A DNA stretch of 39,064 nt, from positions 1 through 39,064 of the IMG/VR virus record IMGVR_UViG_3300023174_000339; one strand, 5' to 3'. The translations under genes and the position numbers were made by a program. The number at the start of each line of letters is the position of its first letter. The first letter of the stretch is position 1. This DNA comes from a virus. Its lineage: Duplodnaviria > Caudoviricetes. Below the pieces are notes generated by a model that was not told the origin of the DNA, did not search any database, and saw nothing but the letters and a program-made list of their open reading frames with translations. Positions 25,746 through 34,323 of this stretch are shown here, piece by piece.

Positions 25746-25754
25746 ATGGTATCA
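25746..25754 (-). promoter_or_regulatory. Candidate extended -10 (TGaTACCAT) for the leftward early transcript
   Basis: Fits TGnTAnnnT just upstream of the first hairpin of the structured region. Confidence 0.45.
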
Positions 25755-25890
25755 CCCCACGCCGAGATGGGTTTCAGAGGGTGTTTTTAACCTCGTTACA
25801 GCCCCGTATAGACACGCATATGTACAAGTGGTACATCTATATGCAATTGCTATTCAAATGTCCGCAAATAGCCTTACACGCCTTGTGGAA

Positions 25891-25913
25891 AAGTAGGCAG
25901 TTTTTTAATGCCG
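25891..25913 (+). promoter_or_regulatory. Repeated motif, copy 5 (inverted, 1-nt insertion)
   Basis: AAGTAGGCAGTTTTTTAATGCCG, oriented with the rightward ORF. Confidence 0.65.
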
Positions 25914-25968
25914 ACACATTATTTGTAACACTTGCATACTCAATCACAAGTGGGCATACACTTCGGTT

Positions 25969-26199
25969 ATGGCACAAACTGGTAAATCAAGTTATTCGCA
26001 AATCACAATCCGTTGTGGCGGTTTAGTTGTTGAATTAGGAACTGAAACCGAATACCCAGACATGGTTGATGATTTAACTAACCGTGCGCTAAATGTATTC
26101 AAAGAAGCGTGCCAAACAGTAAAAGACAATGGCGTGGATATATCAAATATGCGCCTAATCACCGCAGATTATGGTGATGATTATGATGATGAAGAGTAA
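25969..26199 (+). CDS. Acidic hypothetical protein (76 aa), probably leaderless
   Basis: No RBS; TACACT (-10) ends 6 nt before the ATG; lies in a gap free of - strand genes. Confidence 0.75.
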   Translation: MAQTGKSSYSQITIRCGGLVVELGTETEYPDMVDDLTNRALNVFKEACQTVKDNGVDISNMRLITADYGDDYDDEE

Positions 26200-26303
26200 T
26201 GTGCCGAATTTGCGGAGATTGCGCTAAGGAACATACACGCACTATTGACGATGCCGTTGATGAAGCGGAAACTAATCTAACCAAATTTTGTATTCCGCAG
26301 TAA
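26199..26303 (+). CDS. Microprotein (34 aa) MCRICGDCAKEH...
   Basis: TAATG coupling to the upstream gene; CxxCxxCxxxH. Confidence 0.5.
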   Translation: MCRICGDCAKEHTRTIDDAVDEAETNLTKFCIPQ

Positions 26304-27306
26304 CTCTGCCTTTAACTGGGTCAATAAAATGCAGGCGTTGGCTTGGAATAGCGCTAGCAGCTAATAAATCGCGTGCATACCGATTATCACTCTCAGTTGA
26401 ACCTGTTTGGTAAATACTTCCTAATCCGTTTGCCATTGGCCAACAAGCGTGTGTGTGATAATGCCCCACATATACATCTCTAAATTCCCAAGGATACGCA
26501 CCGCTACGCCAACGGTTTGCATGTTGAACAATGGCAGTAGGTGATGCAAACCCATTTCTGCCTACTTCATCACCGTGTATTAACAATGCGCGGTAATTAC
26601 CGATTTCAACTCTTTGTACATCATCTGGACAGTCCTGCCAAGTTAAACGCTTCTCATCTGCAAGTAACTGGCGCGCTAATTCATAACACATACGGTCAAT
26701 ATTATCGTTGCGTGGTACATCTGCGCGTTTGTTACCGATACGCCCGTGATTACCCCACTCTGCAACCACTAATACATTTTCGTACATTGTTAATGCTTTT
26801 CTAATAACATCGGTAATAAGTCTTGATACCGTTACATATTGTTCAAATAAAGTGGCATCAACTTCGTGTAACTGTGCTGGATAGTTAAATAAACCTTCAA
26901 CCATATCGCCGCCAAATAACACAACTACATCTTTTACAGGGTGGTCTGCTCTTTGTATTTCTGTAATTTTGTAGGCTTTATCTACAAAGTCCATAACGCG
27001 TTTGCGCATTACTTCTGAATTATATGTAGTGGTTTTTTTACTGCCTTGCCAGTCAGTCATATGCCATAGTGCAACTTCACTAGATTTTTTGCGTTTATCT
27101 GGTACTGGTATCTGTACAGATTTAATTGCACCCATAGCAAGAGTTGCATCTTTGGTTGCTTGTATTGTTACTTCAACTAATTCTTCTGTACGGTTCTTTG
27201 CATCTTTGAGTTGTTTTTGAGTGCGTATTAACGCCTTGCGCAATTCCGTTATATCACTTGATTCAATATCTTCTGGTAACTCTTCAAATCGGTCTTTAAG
27301 ACTCAC
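26272..27306 (-). CDS. Calcineurin-like metallophosphoesterase with N-terminal coiled coil
   Basis: TDWQ, GGDMVEG, GNHGR, IHGD and VGHYH. Confidence 0.88.
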   Translation of the reverse strand: MSLKDRFEELPEDIESSDITELRKALIRTQKQLKDAKNRTEELVEVTIQATKDATLAMGAIKSVQIPVPDKRKKSSEVALWHMTDWQGSKKTTTYNSEVMRKRVMDFVDKAYKITEIQRADHPVKDVVVLFGGDMVEGLFNYPAQLHEVDATLFEQYVTVSRLITDVIRKALTMYENVLVVAEWGNHGRIGNKRADVPRNDNIDRMCYELARQLLADEKRLTWQDCPDDVQRVEIGNYRALLIHGDEVGRNGFASPTAIVQHANRWRSGAYPWEFRDVYVGHYHTHACWPMANGLGSIYQTGSTESDNRYARDLLAASAIPSQRLHFIDPVKGRVTAEYKIWLD

Positions 27307-27547
27307 GCGCTATCTCCATACCGTGTTGTGTGTAACCTGATTTATCTAACCAGTTATCTTCATATAACGGATTTGCTACGCACCGTATGGACTTAAAGAA
27401 GTCCATCATTAGCGCAACTTGCCACGCTGGAATATCACCAATGCCTAGTATTGCGCCCCAACCACGACCAGTGCGCGCAAAGTTTTCATACGCATCACCA
27501 TGTACATTTTGTCTATCTTCAAGAATTTTCTTTACTTTTTCGGACAT
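27296..27547 (-). CDS. DUF6378-like phage protein
   Basis: DRQNVHGDAYENF...W...VALMM..K..R...DNWLDKSGY. Confidence 0.7.
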   Translation of the reverse strand: MSEKVKKILEDRQNVHGDAYENFARTGRGWGAILGIGDIPAWQVALMMDFFKSIRCVANPLYEDNWLDKSGYTQHGMEIARES

Positions 27548-27771
27548 TTACAGACGCCGTTTCTATGCGCTCTTATTGCTTCATTACTGCTTTTAATACC
27601 TTCCGACCTAAGCGCACTTAAAATAACATTTGCAGATAATCCTCTTGCCCACGCTTCATCTAATGCTTTTTTATTTTCTGGCGTTAAATTGTCGTACATA
27701 AATTGATACGGGCAAAAAGTATCTGGTTTTCTTGTTTTTGCAGCATTTGTTAGTTTATCTGCGAGACTCAT
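27532..27771 (-). CDS. Hypothetical protein (HTH-like, ends HRNGVCKC)
   Basis: Start MSLAD after an AAAGGCGG RBS. Confidence 0.7.
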   Translation of the reverse strand: MSLADKLTNAAKTRKPDTFCPYQFMYDNLTPENKKALDEAWARGLSANVILSALRSEGIKSSNEAIRAHRNGVCKCPKK

Positions 27772-27836
27772 TTTTCCGCCTTTCGTTAAGTAAATAATAC
27801 ACACAAAAGCACGGTATTCGTATTGTTAAACGCAAA

Positions 27837-28229
27837 TTAACCTTTACTTATTTTGGCGCAGGTGGCACACCTACGGCCTCTTTGTCCTCGTACATACCGA
27901 GTATTTTCTGGCGTAAAGGCGTGTCCGTGTTTGCAATGGGTTCTGGCGCTTCTTGCCTTAACAATCAAACTTCTCTTTATATTATCTGATTGAGTTATTG
28001 CCTGTAAGTGTTTTGGATTAACACAACTGGGATTGCGGCATATATGGTCAATTACCAGTCCTTGCGGAATAACACCGTGAAAATGCTGAAACGACCAGCG
28101 ATGCGCAGTAATAGTTTTTCCATATTCATCGGTAAATAAACCGTAACCGCTTTCTAATTTAGAGGCGTGCCACAACCAGCACTCGTTTGTAATTGTGTAT
28201 TTTAAGTGAAATCTGCCTTCAATATCCAT
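27837..28229 (-). CDS. HNH endonuclease (I-PpoI/HNH_3-like)
   Basis: CWLW, AHRWSF, IDHICRNPSCVNPKHL, HCKHGH and CATC; start MDIEG after GAGG. Confidence 0.88.
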   Translation of the reverse strand: MDIEGRFHLKYTITNECWLWHASKLESGYGLFTDEYGKTITAHRWSFQHFHGVIPQGLVIDHICRNPSCVNPKHLQAITQSDNIKRSLIVKARSARTHCKHGHAFTPENTRYVRGQRGRRCATCAKISKG

Positions 28230-28242
28230 ATGAATACCTCTA

Positions 28243-28279
28243 ACTAGGCGGTTGAACTTCCCCAATACAACCGCCTAGT
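28243..28279 (-). terminator. 12-bp hairpin after the lysis cassette
   Basis: ACTAGGCGGTTG/CAACCGCCTAGT. Confidence 0.55.
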
Positions 28280-28286
28280 CAAAGCG

Positions 28287-28532
28287 TTATTTAGTTTTTT
28301 TCTTGCTCTGCTTGTTAGCAGCAACAATTATTGCATTTTCCACAGTATCGGCAACTGCACCAAAAGCAGGGTCATTTTTATCTACCGCACGAATTGCTGG
28401 TGCAATAACACCAGAAACAATTGCAACTGCGTATGCGCGCCAGTCGGTAATACTGGTGGCAAGTAAAGGTGTAATAGCAACAACAACACCGCGCAAATAG
28501 GATTTAAGCATTGATTTCATTCTGTAACTCAT
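28287..28532 (-). CDS. Putative holin
   Basis: Two hydrophobic segments and a basic C-terminus; directly after the endolysin. Confidence 0.65.
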   Translation of the reverse strand: MSYRMKSMLKSYLRGVVVAITPLLATSITDWRAYAVAIVSGVIAPAIRAVDKNDPAFGAVADTVENAIIVAANKQSKKKTK

Positions 28533-28553
28533 TATCTTTCTTCCTTCCTATTG

Positions 28554-29009
28554 TTAGGGGCGTGCCACAGCCATAACAAGTGAGTATGCGCGTTTTTTCA
28601 AATACACACCATCACCGTTAGATTGTGAACCTTTATTGTCGCCAGCCGTATTTCCTTCAACACACCAAAGATATTTTTTACCGTCATTTTTAATAACAAT
28701 ACCAACATGGTCTGGTTGTGCATCTGTATCAAATTGAAAAAATACAATATCGCCAGACTGAGCCTGTCCTGTTGGTATTAACTTATTGTTCTTTGCAAAC
28801 CATTTAAGTCCTGCATCACAACTTGCAAACCCTTTTTTTGTACTAGCGGCAATTTTCTGTACTTGTTCTGCTTGTGAATAACACCAAGAAACAAACATTG
28901 CACACCAAGGTTGGTTGTTCAAACCGTACCATTTGCCGTACATAGTGTCGTTATTGCCTGTTTCGGTATAACCTATTTGTGATTTTGCTATTGCCGCTAT
29001 ATCTATCAT
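28554..29009 (-). CDS. CHAP-domain endolysin
   Basis: QPWCAMFVSW, GDIVFF, DHVGIV and VEGNT. Confidence 0.92.
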   Translation of the reverse strand: MIDIAAIAKSQIGYTETGNNDTMYGKWYGLNNQPWCAMFVSWCYSQAEQVQKIAASTKKGFASCDAGLKWFAKNNKLIPTGQAQSGDIVFFQFDTDAQPDHVGIVIKNDGKKYLWCVEGNTAGDNKGSQSNGDGVYLKKRAYSLVMAVARP

Positions 29010-29204
29010 TTATTTCTCCGCCATCAGTTTGAATAAATCATCAACTCTTTGTTCTAATCTTGTAATTGAATCCTTCATACTGTTTCCACCGTTAGGTTTC
29101 AATTCTGCAAGATAATACTTAACAAGATGCCGAATACTTATTGATATTGCACCAATTAATGTTGATACGCCAACAAGTAATCCAACCCATTGTTCAATAG
29201 TCAT
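29010..29204 (-). CDS. Small membrane protein (lysis region)
   Basis: N-terminal TM; ELKPNGGNSMKD..RLE. Confidence 0.75.
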   Translation of the reverse strand: MTIEQWVGLLVGVSTLIGAISISIRHLVKYYLAELKPNGGNSMKDSITRLEQRVDDLFKLMAEK

Positions 29205-29205
29205 T

Positions 29206-29421
29206 TTATGTCCAAGTCAGTATGCGTATAGTTCCACTTGCATCTACGATTTTGGCTTGGTTGGTTGTTATATTTAACCAAGCATCACCTTTGCGCGGAT
29301 TGCTAGGGTCTGATGTTACATTAGGAAAGGTAAATCTGGTAGCAGTTTCAAGTTTACGCAAACGCGAGTCAAGATCAGCAAACATACTTCGCAAATCTGG
29401 TGGTTGATTTATATATGCCAT
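29206..29421 (-). CDS. Small tail-associated hypothetical protein
   Basis: RLRKLET...PSNPRKGDAWLN. Confidence 0.7.
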   Translation of the reverse strand: MAYINQPPDLRSMFADLDSRLRKLETATRFTFPNVTSDPSNPRKGDAWLNITTNQAKIVDASGTIRILTWT

Positions 29422-29427
29422 TTGTAC

Positions 29428-30522
29428 CTAGTTTGTTGTATTGGTTAAAGTTAATGTTACACGCTCTGGACCATCTTCGCCCGGACTTACAGTAAGTCCT
29501 ACAATGCGATAAATTGCATCAAGTGTTGTAACAAATCGGCTATCGGTAATTCTTAACCGAGCATCATCTCCCAAAGAGTATGTACCAAATTGAGGTTCTG
29601 CATAAGCAGGAACAGTTATTCTAAAAATTGTAATTGGGTTACTCACAGATAACACTTGTCCTGTTGCCAATTGTGCTAAATATGTGCTATCTGTAATTTC
29701 TGAATAATTAACCTGTTCTTCCAATAACGGATAACCGTTAGTAAATTTAGTTGTATCTTCTGCGGTTGCTATTAACTTTCCTTCATTTGAACCTGCGCCT
29801 AAAGCATAAATAGTATTTGCTGAAACTGAACCATCTTCGGTTAAACTGTAAGAAACTATATTACTTGCAGGTAATTCAAATACTGGTACAGTTGCAGAAC
29901 TTGCGCTATAAACTGTACCAATACGCGGATAACCTAATTGCAATATTTTTGTTGGGTTACCTGAACCGTCATAACTTACTTTGATATTGAAATCAAATCC
30001 ATTATTTTGTCTTGCTAAATCTTGTATTGCGCCATATACCTGCTTGTATTCATATGAATAATATGTACGGCTAAGTAATACACCAGATGTTTCCGTGCCT
30101 ACTGTTACACCAATGTTTCCATAAGGCGCAGATTGCGCTTGTGTAATTAAGTTTTGCGCAATAGATAATTGATCGGTATTTGTAAATGCCGTTGTTGTGG
30201 TGATCTTTCTGCGTTCAAAATAACTTTCAAACTCTCTTGCTTCTATGCTTAAAGTTTGACTATCGCTATTGTACGGTCTGCCCCAAATTACACCGCCCCA
30301 AACAAGTGTGCCATTTCTATCAACATAAATACCTGTTTTTGCAGGAATAGTACCGTTAAGCACATTGAAAGTATTTGCATTAAGACCAGATAAAAGCAGT
30401 TGTCCGCTTAAAGTTCCAGCCTGATTTAACTGTTGCGTAAATGAAACACTTGTTAAAGGTAACTCTGCAATTATATTATTTGTTAAAAGATCGGCAAATA
30501 AATATCGGTATGTTGTAGCCAT
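29428..30522 (-). CDS. Minor tail protein (ReqiPepy6 gp37-like hub)
   Basis: DLLT..IIAELP, YVDRNGTLVWGG.IW and YSLGDDARL. Confidence 0.75.
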   Translation of the reverse strand: MATTYRYLFADLLTNNIIAELPLTSVSFTQQLNQAGTLSGQLLLSGLNANTFNVLNGTIPAKTGIYVDRNGTLVWGGVIWGRPYNSDSQTLSIEAREFESYFERRKITTTTAFTNTDQLSIAQNLITQAQSAPYGNIGVTVGTETSGVLLSRTYYSYEYKQVYGAIQDLARQNNGFDFNIKVSYDGSGNPTKILQLGYPRIGTVYSASSATVPVFELPASNIVSYSLTEDGSVSANTIYALGAGSNEGKLIATAEDTTKFTNGYPLLEEQVNYSEITDSTYLAQLATGQVLSVSNPITIFRITVPAYAEPQFGTYSLGDDARLRITDSRFVTTLDAIYRIVGLTVSPGEDGPERVTLTLTNTTN

Positions 30523-30526
30523 ACCG

Positions 30527-30757
30527 TTAGATTATCAGCGTGTCGGCTTCTTGGGCGGTTAAAGGCTTGCCAGCAATCAATTTTGCTTTGGCGCTGGCTT
30601 TGAGATCCGCGAGCGTTTGCGCAGCCGCATCCTCATCTGCCTTCGCTTTTGCGTAAGCGATCGCATCTGCTTCGCGCTGCTTGATTTCCTCGGCTGTAAG
30701 TTCTACTTCAGAGACTTCGCCTGTCTCGCAGTTTACTATGATCTTTGTGTCTGCCAT
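30527..30757 (-). CDS. Tail fibre-associated small protein
   Basis: IVNCETGEVSEVELTAEEI...KASAKAKL; follows the fibre paralogs. Confidence 0.65.
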   Translation of the reverse strand: MADTKIIVNCETGEVSEVELTAEEIKQREADAIAYAKAKADEDAAAQTLADLKASAKAKLIAGKPLTAQEADTLII

Positions 30758-30765
30758 TTTGTCTC

Positions 30766-31278
30766 CTATGATTTAGATATGCCGTAGAGGGTTGCTGTTG
30801 AATACTGCACAAAATTGTCTGGACTAATTGGAGCGATAGATATAGATGTAACCGCTGAAGTGTTAGCCATAAGTCCAGCGCCTAAAACCGCTAAAACCGC
30901 TGTTCCATTAGTTTCTACAACCGAGTCAGTAGAAAATGATTTGTTATTCGCGCTCGTATAGTTGGGAATATACCATTCAGAATTAGCAAAAGTGCTAGCC
31001 GTGTAGTTTGTATTGTCCGTGTATATGGTTGCTGAAAACGCCTGAGAAGTGTTACCAAAAGAAGCGGCTGATGAACCTGTGCCATAAACTGCTTTTTCTG
31101 AATATACGCCCGAAGTGATACCCGCTAAAGTATTTCGCAGGTTTCCATTTGTGCCATTAGTTCGTGTGGATAACTTAACGACTAAATCTGTGTAAGTTTG
31201 TGGAATTGAAGTAAAATCCATAGAGGCTGCGCCGCCAGCGCCAACGGTTACGGATGCAATTTGGATATAAGTTGCCAT
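30766..31278 (-). CDS. Tail fibre / receptor-binding-type protein, paralog 3
   Basis: IASVTVG...FTSIPQTYTDL...YSTATLYGI. Confidence 0.7.
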   Translation of the reverse strand: MATYIQIASVTVGAGGAASMDFTSIPQTYTDLVVKLSTRTNGTNGNLRNTLAGITSGVYSEKAVYGTGSSAASFGNTSQAFSATIYTDNTNYTASTFANSEWYIPNYTSANNKSFSTDSVVETNGTAVLAVLGAGLMANTSAVTSISIAPISPDNFVQYSTATLYGISKS

Positions 31279-31805
31279 TATGCCGCCTTAATTCCGTATA
31301 GGGTGAAGGTTGAACCAGTTGAGAAATTATATTCGACGCCGCCTCTAGAATTTTTAACAGCAATGGAAGTAATTGCTGCGGTATTGCGCCATAGCGCCAC
31401 CGTTGCATTTGTTCCAGAATAATCTAAAGAACTGCTCGCCCTATTGCTTCGAGATAAAAAGGTTTTATATGTTGTTGTATTTGAGTAATTCATAATATGC
31501 GCCGTTGTAACGCTATCCCCGACGGTATTACTTATGGAAATATCTAGTCCCATCCAACCTCGCGCTACATTGCTATCCCTGCCAGAAAGAGCAGAAGTGC
31601 CAGTTCCGTAAAGTTCTGTTGCTGAATAATTTGTTCCAGTATCGCCGTTAAATTGAAGACTGGTAAAGGTTGAACTAGTGTGAGTTGTAGCGGCAAAGAT
31701 AACTAAAATCAAATCGGTATAGGTGCCGCTGATGCTTGAAAAGGTAACGCTGGCTGTCGCGCTGCCAAGTGTTGTAGTCGCTATCGGTTCATAAGTTTTA
31801 GCCAT
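31278..31805 (-). CDS. Tail fibre / receptor-binding-type protein, paralog 2
   Basis: YEPIATTTLG...FSSISGTYTDL...GSTFTLYGIK. Confidence 0.7.
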   Translation of the reverse strand: MAKTYEPIATTTLGSATASVTFSSISGTYTDLILVIFAATTHTSSTFTSLQFNGDTGTNYSATELYGTGTSALSGRDSNVARGWMGLDISISNTVGDSVTTAHIMNYSNTTTYKTFLSRSNRASSSLDYSGTNATVALWRNTAAITSIAVKNSRGGVEYNFSTGSTFTLYGIKAA

Positions 31806-32386
31806 TATTTGACCCCATAAAGCGCGAAGGATGAGTATTGCATCATGTTGCCGTCATAGGCAGTTATGACGATGTTATTTATTGCTGCGGTGTTATTCCA
31901 ACTTACCGAGGATAAATAGATTTCTCCTGAACCATTCCAGTCGCCGCCTGATAGTGCGCGAGTTGTGGTGTTTTTGTTTGTATTTGAATAATCTAAAATA
32001 TCTACAACTGCACCACTAAAGGCACTTGCTGTATTATTGTTATCACCGATCATAAAAGTATAATTTGGACCATTGTTTGATGCTGCGGCTGCGGCTGCCC
32101 CGTTTCCCCGCAAGTAATGAGTCCAATAATTTGTAAGTGTTGTATCGCTGTTATAGGTTGCCCTTACCGCAGTAGTACCAGTAAAAGAACCTGCGCATCG
32201 AGCATTTACTCTGATTTGCAGATGCTTATAAGTGCTAGGGATGCTGCTGAAAGTGATAGAGGCTGAACCACCTGCACCAACAGTTACGGTCTGAATAGAC
32301 TCATAGTCGCCTAAAGCGGCGACTGCCGAAGTGAAACCGTAAGCGCTCGCGGATAATCCGCCCCTTGCTCCTAGTATTGGACTCAT
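31805..32386 (-). CDS. Tail fibre / receptor-binding-type protein, paralog 1
   Basis: YESIQTVTVG...FSSIPSTYKHLQIR...YSSFALYGVK. Confidence 0.7.
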   Translation of the reverse strand: MSPILGARGGLSASAYGFTSAVAALGDYESIQTVTVGAGGSASITFSSIPSTYKHLQIRVNARCAGSFTGTTAVRATYNSDTTLTNYWTHYLRGNGAAAAAASNNGPNYTFMIGDNNNTASAFSGAVVDILDYSNTNKNTTTRALSGGDWNGSGEIYLSSVSWNNTAAINNIVITAYDGNMMQYSSFALYGVK

Positions 32387-32389
32387 TGG

Positions 32390-33457
32390 TTATGCAAATT
32401 TCGTCTGGCTTGCGAATACGGTGTATGTAGGTGTTGCCGCAGTTTTAATTACAGTATATACATAAGCATCAATACTTGAGGCGTTGCCAGCGGCGAATGC
32501 TGTTCCGCCTTGATATTTTGGTGTTACAGATGAACCGTCAATTTGTAGAGCGTTGTTGTAATAAGCGGTTCCGCCGTTTGTTACAAGATGAGTTACAGTT
32601 ATAGCATCACCTACGGATAAAATTGAACTTAGCGTTGCTGTTGAACTACCGCGAATATTCAAAGTCCAGTTTGCGCTTGCGTTTGAAGTGTAATAAAGAA
32701 CCCCTTGAGTTAAAGCATCATAGTTAATTGTTCCTGTTGCGGCTGTCGCTGATACTGTTGTGCGCTCCTCTGGCGAGACCATCACTGGGTTCGACTCTGT
32801 GGCGTTGTTGATCGTCGGGCTGGTTAGCGTTTTATTTGTAAGAGTTTGAGTACCAGTTAAAGTAACAACTGATGAGTCAATAGCCACAGTAGGAATTGGA
32901 CCCGTTCCGCTTGTAACCGTAATACCTGTTCCAGCGGCAACTTCTGTTAGATCACCAACAGGAAGATTTGTAGTTATATTAACGCGTGTATCTGTAATGT
33001 TACCAGTTACAATTGAAGTAACGCCAGCGCCAACGGCAATAGTTGCTAATGAAATTGAGTTAGCAGGTGTTGCAGGCGCAACAGGTGAAGATGCAGGAGT
33101 TCCTGCAACTACATTTATAGCAACTTGATTAAGTGAGCCCGTGTAATAAGCATCTGAAACTGTAATACAAACACGATCTATTCTAGGGTTTGAAGGGTTT
33201 GCAGTTGTAATTGTGGCAACGGTAGATGCATCATTGTAAAATTGATATACGCCCATATTTGCTTGGGTTGTACCAACAATTGCTCCCCAACCAGCCGCAA
33301 CTAACACAGACATACCAGCAGGTGAATTTTGAGTTATCGCAAGAGAAGATGTACCGATAATGCCAGTTGATGAAATGATTGACTGCATTGAAAGACGATC
33401 ATTTTCGGCAGGGTGCGAACCGTTTTGAAGCCAACTGGGCGGTGTGCGTAGTGCCAT
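32390..33457 (-). CDS. Minor tail / fibre-anchoring protein
   Basis: NPRIDRV and GTQTLTNKTLTSP; Thr/Ser/Ala-rich; after Dit. Confidence 0.7.
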   Translation of the reverse strand: MALRTPPSWLQNGSHPAENDRLSMQSIISSTGIIGTSSLAITQNSPAGMSVLVAAGWGAIVGTTQANMGVYQFYNDASTVATITTANPSNPRIDRVCITVSDAYYTGSLNQVAINVVAGTPASSPVAPATPANSISLATIAVGAGVTSIVTGNITDTRVNITTNLPVGDLTEVAAGTGITVTSGTGPIPTVAIDSSVVTLTGTQTLTNKTLTSPTINNATESNPVMVSPEERTTVSATAATGTINYDALTQGVLYYTSNASANWTLNIRGSSTATLSSILSVGDAITVTHLVTNGGTAYYNNALQIDGSSVTPKYQGGTAFAAGNASSIDAYVYTVIKTAATPTYTVFASQTKFA

Positions 33458-33465
33458 TTATTCTC

Positions 33466-34323
33466 CTAGATGTATGTGTTGTACCATACTACCGTAGCGG
33501 CAGTAGTTCCTGCTAATGTATTAATGCCTGTCATATAAAATTGTGATGTACCTACTGGCGCCCAAAACCATTCACCCGATGTGAGCAGATTTCTGGCGGT
33601 AACACCGTTAAGTGTTACAAGTTTATTGTATAAATCAATTACTAAACTATCTGTATTTGTATAAGTACCAGTAAATGTTAAGTATTTATTTTGTGTTGTA
33701 TTACCTAAAGTTGGGTTTGTAATTGGTCCATTTAATGTAATGGTTGGGTATGCAGCCCATCTACCGTTATTTGTTACTGCTGTGGTTACTGCCGTTGAGC
33801 CGCCACCATAAACCAAATTGTATGTACGATCATATGTGCGACCTAATGGGTTTGATACAGATAATACTCCAGTTTGCAAAGTGCTATCGTAATAAGTTGG
33901 ATTAGGACAGAAAAATGTTACTTGTGATGTTATATAACCATAAGTATAATTAGGATCAACGGTTGTAACAAAAGACCGAACACGCGCATTGATAAATTGT
34001 TCTCCCGATGGTGGCAAAATAAAATAAAGCGGTGTTGTCCCTGATATTTGTGGCAATAAAGCATTTTGAATTAAATTTAAGTTTGTTTGCGCTGAGTTAC
34101 CACCACTAGTTGCAAGTGTTAAAAATGTGATCGTAATGTTACGCCCACCAAGAAAATCTTGACCAGAAAACATACCATCTGCATAACCGCGATTATCGTC
34201 TTGATTACGAATTTGAGGCACACCTTCAAGACCATCTACCGAGAGTATTTGATAAGGCGTGGCTGAACCACCAAATGTAAGACCGTTAAATGAAAATGAA
34301 TAACTGGCGGTAACAACAGGCAT
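33466..34323 (-). CDS. Distal tail (Dit-like) protein
   Basis: 285 aa directly after the tape measure gene; GGRNITI, FFCPNPTYY, GPITNP. Confidence 0.75.
   Translation of the reverse strand: MPVVTASYSFSFNGLTFGGSATPYQILSVDGLEGVPQIRNQDDNRGYADGMFSGQDFLGGRNITITFLTLATSGGNSAQTNLNLIQNALLPQISGTTPLYFILPPSGEQFINARVRSFVTTVDPNYTYGYITSQVTFFCPNPTYYDSTLQTGVLSVSNPLGRTYDRTYNLVYGGGSTAVTTAVTNNGRWAAYPTITLNGPITNPTLGNTTQNKYLTFTGTYTNTDSLVIDLYNKLVTLNGVTARNLLTSGEWFWAPVGTSQFYMTGINTLAGTTAATVVWYNTYI

Noticed and set aside
20767-25913. Repeated motif as a CRISPR array or CRISPR-repeat mimic
   Set aside because: Copies are hundreds to thousands of bp apart, not palindromic, and share only TAGGCA(G) with type I-F repeats; no cas operon is present.
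25697-26026. 109-aa plus-strand ORF in the control region
   Set aside because: TTG start, no RBS, overlaps promoter elements and the better-supported 25969 ORF.
30766-32386. Diversity-generating retroelement acting on the fibre paralogs
   Set aside because: No reverse transcriptase and no near-identical template/variable repeat pair were seen.
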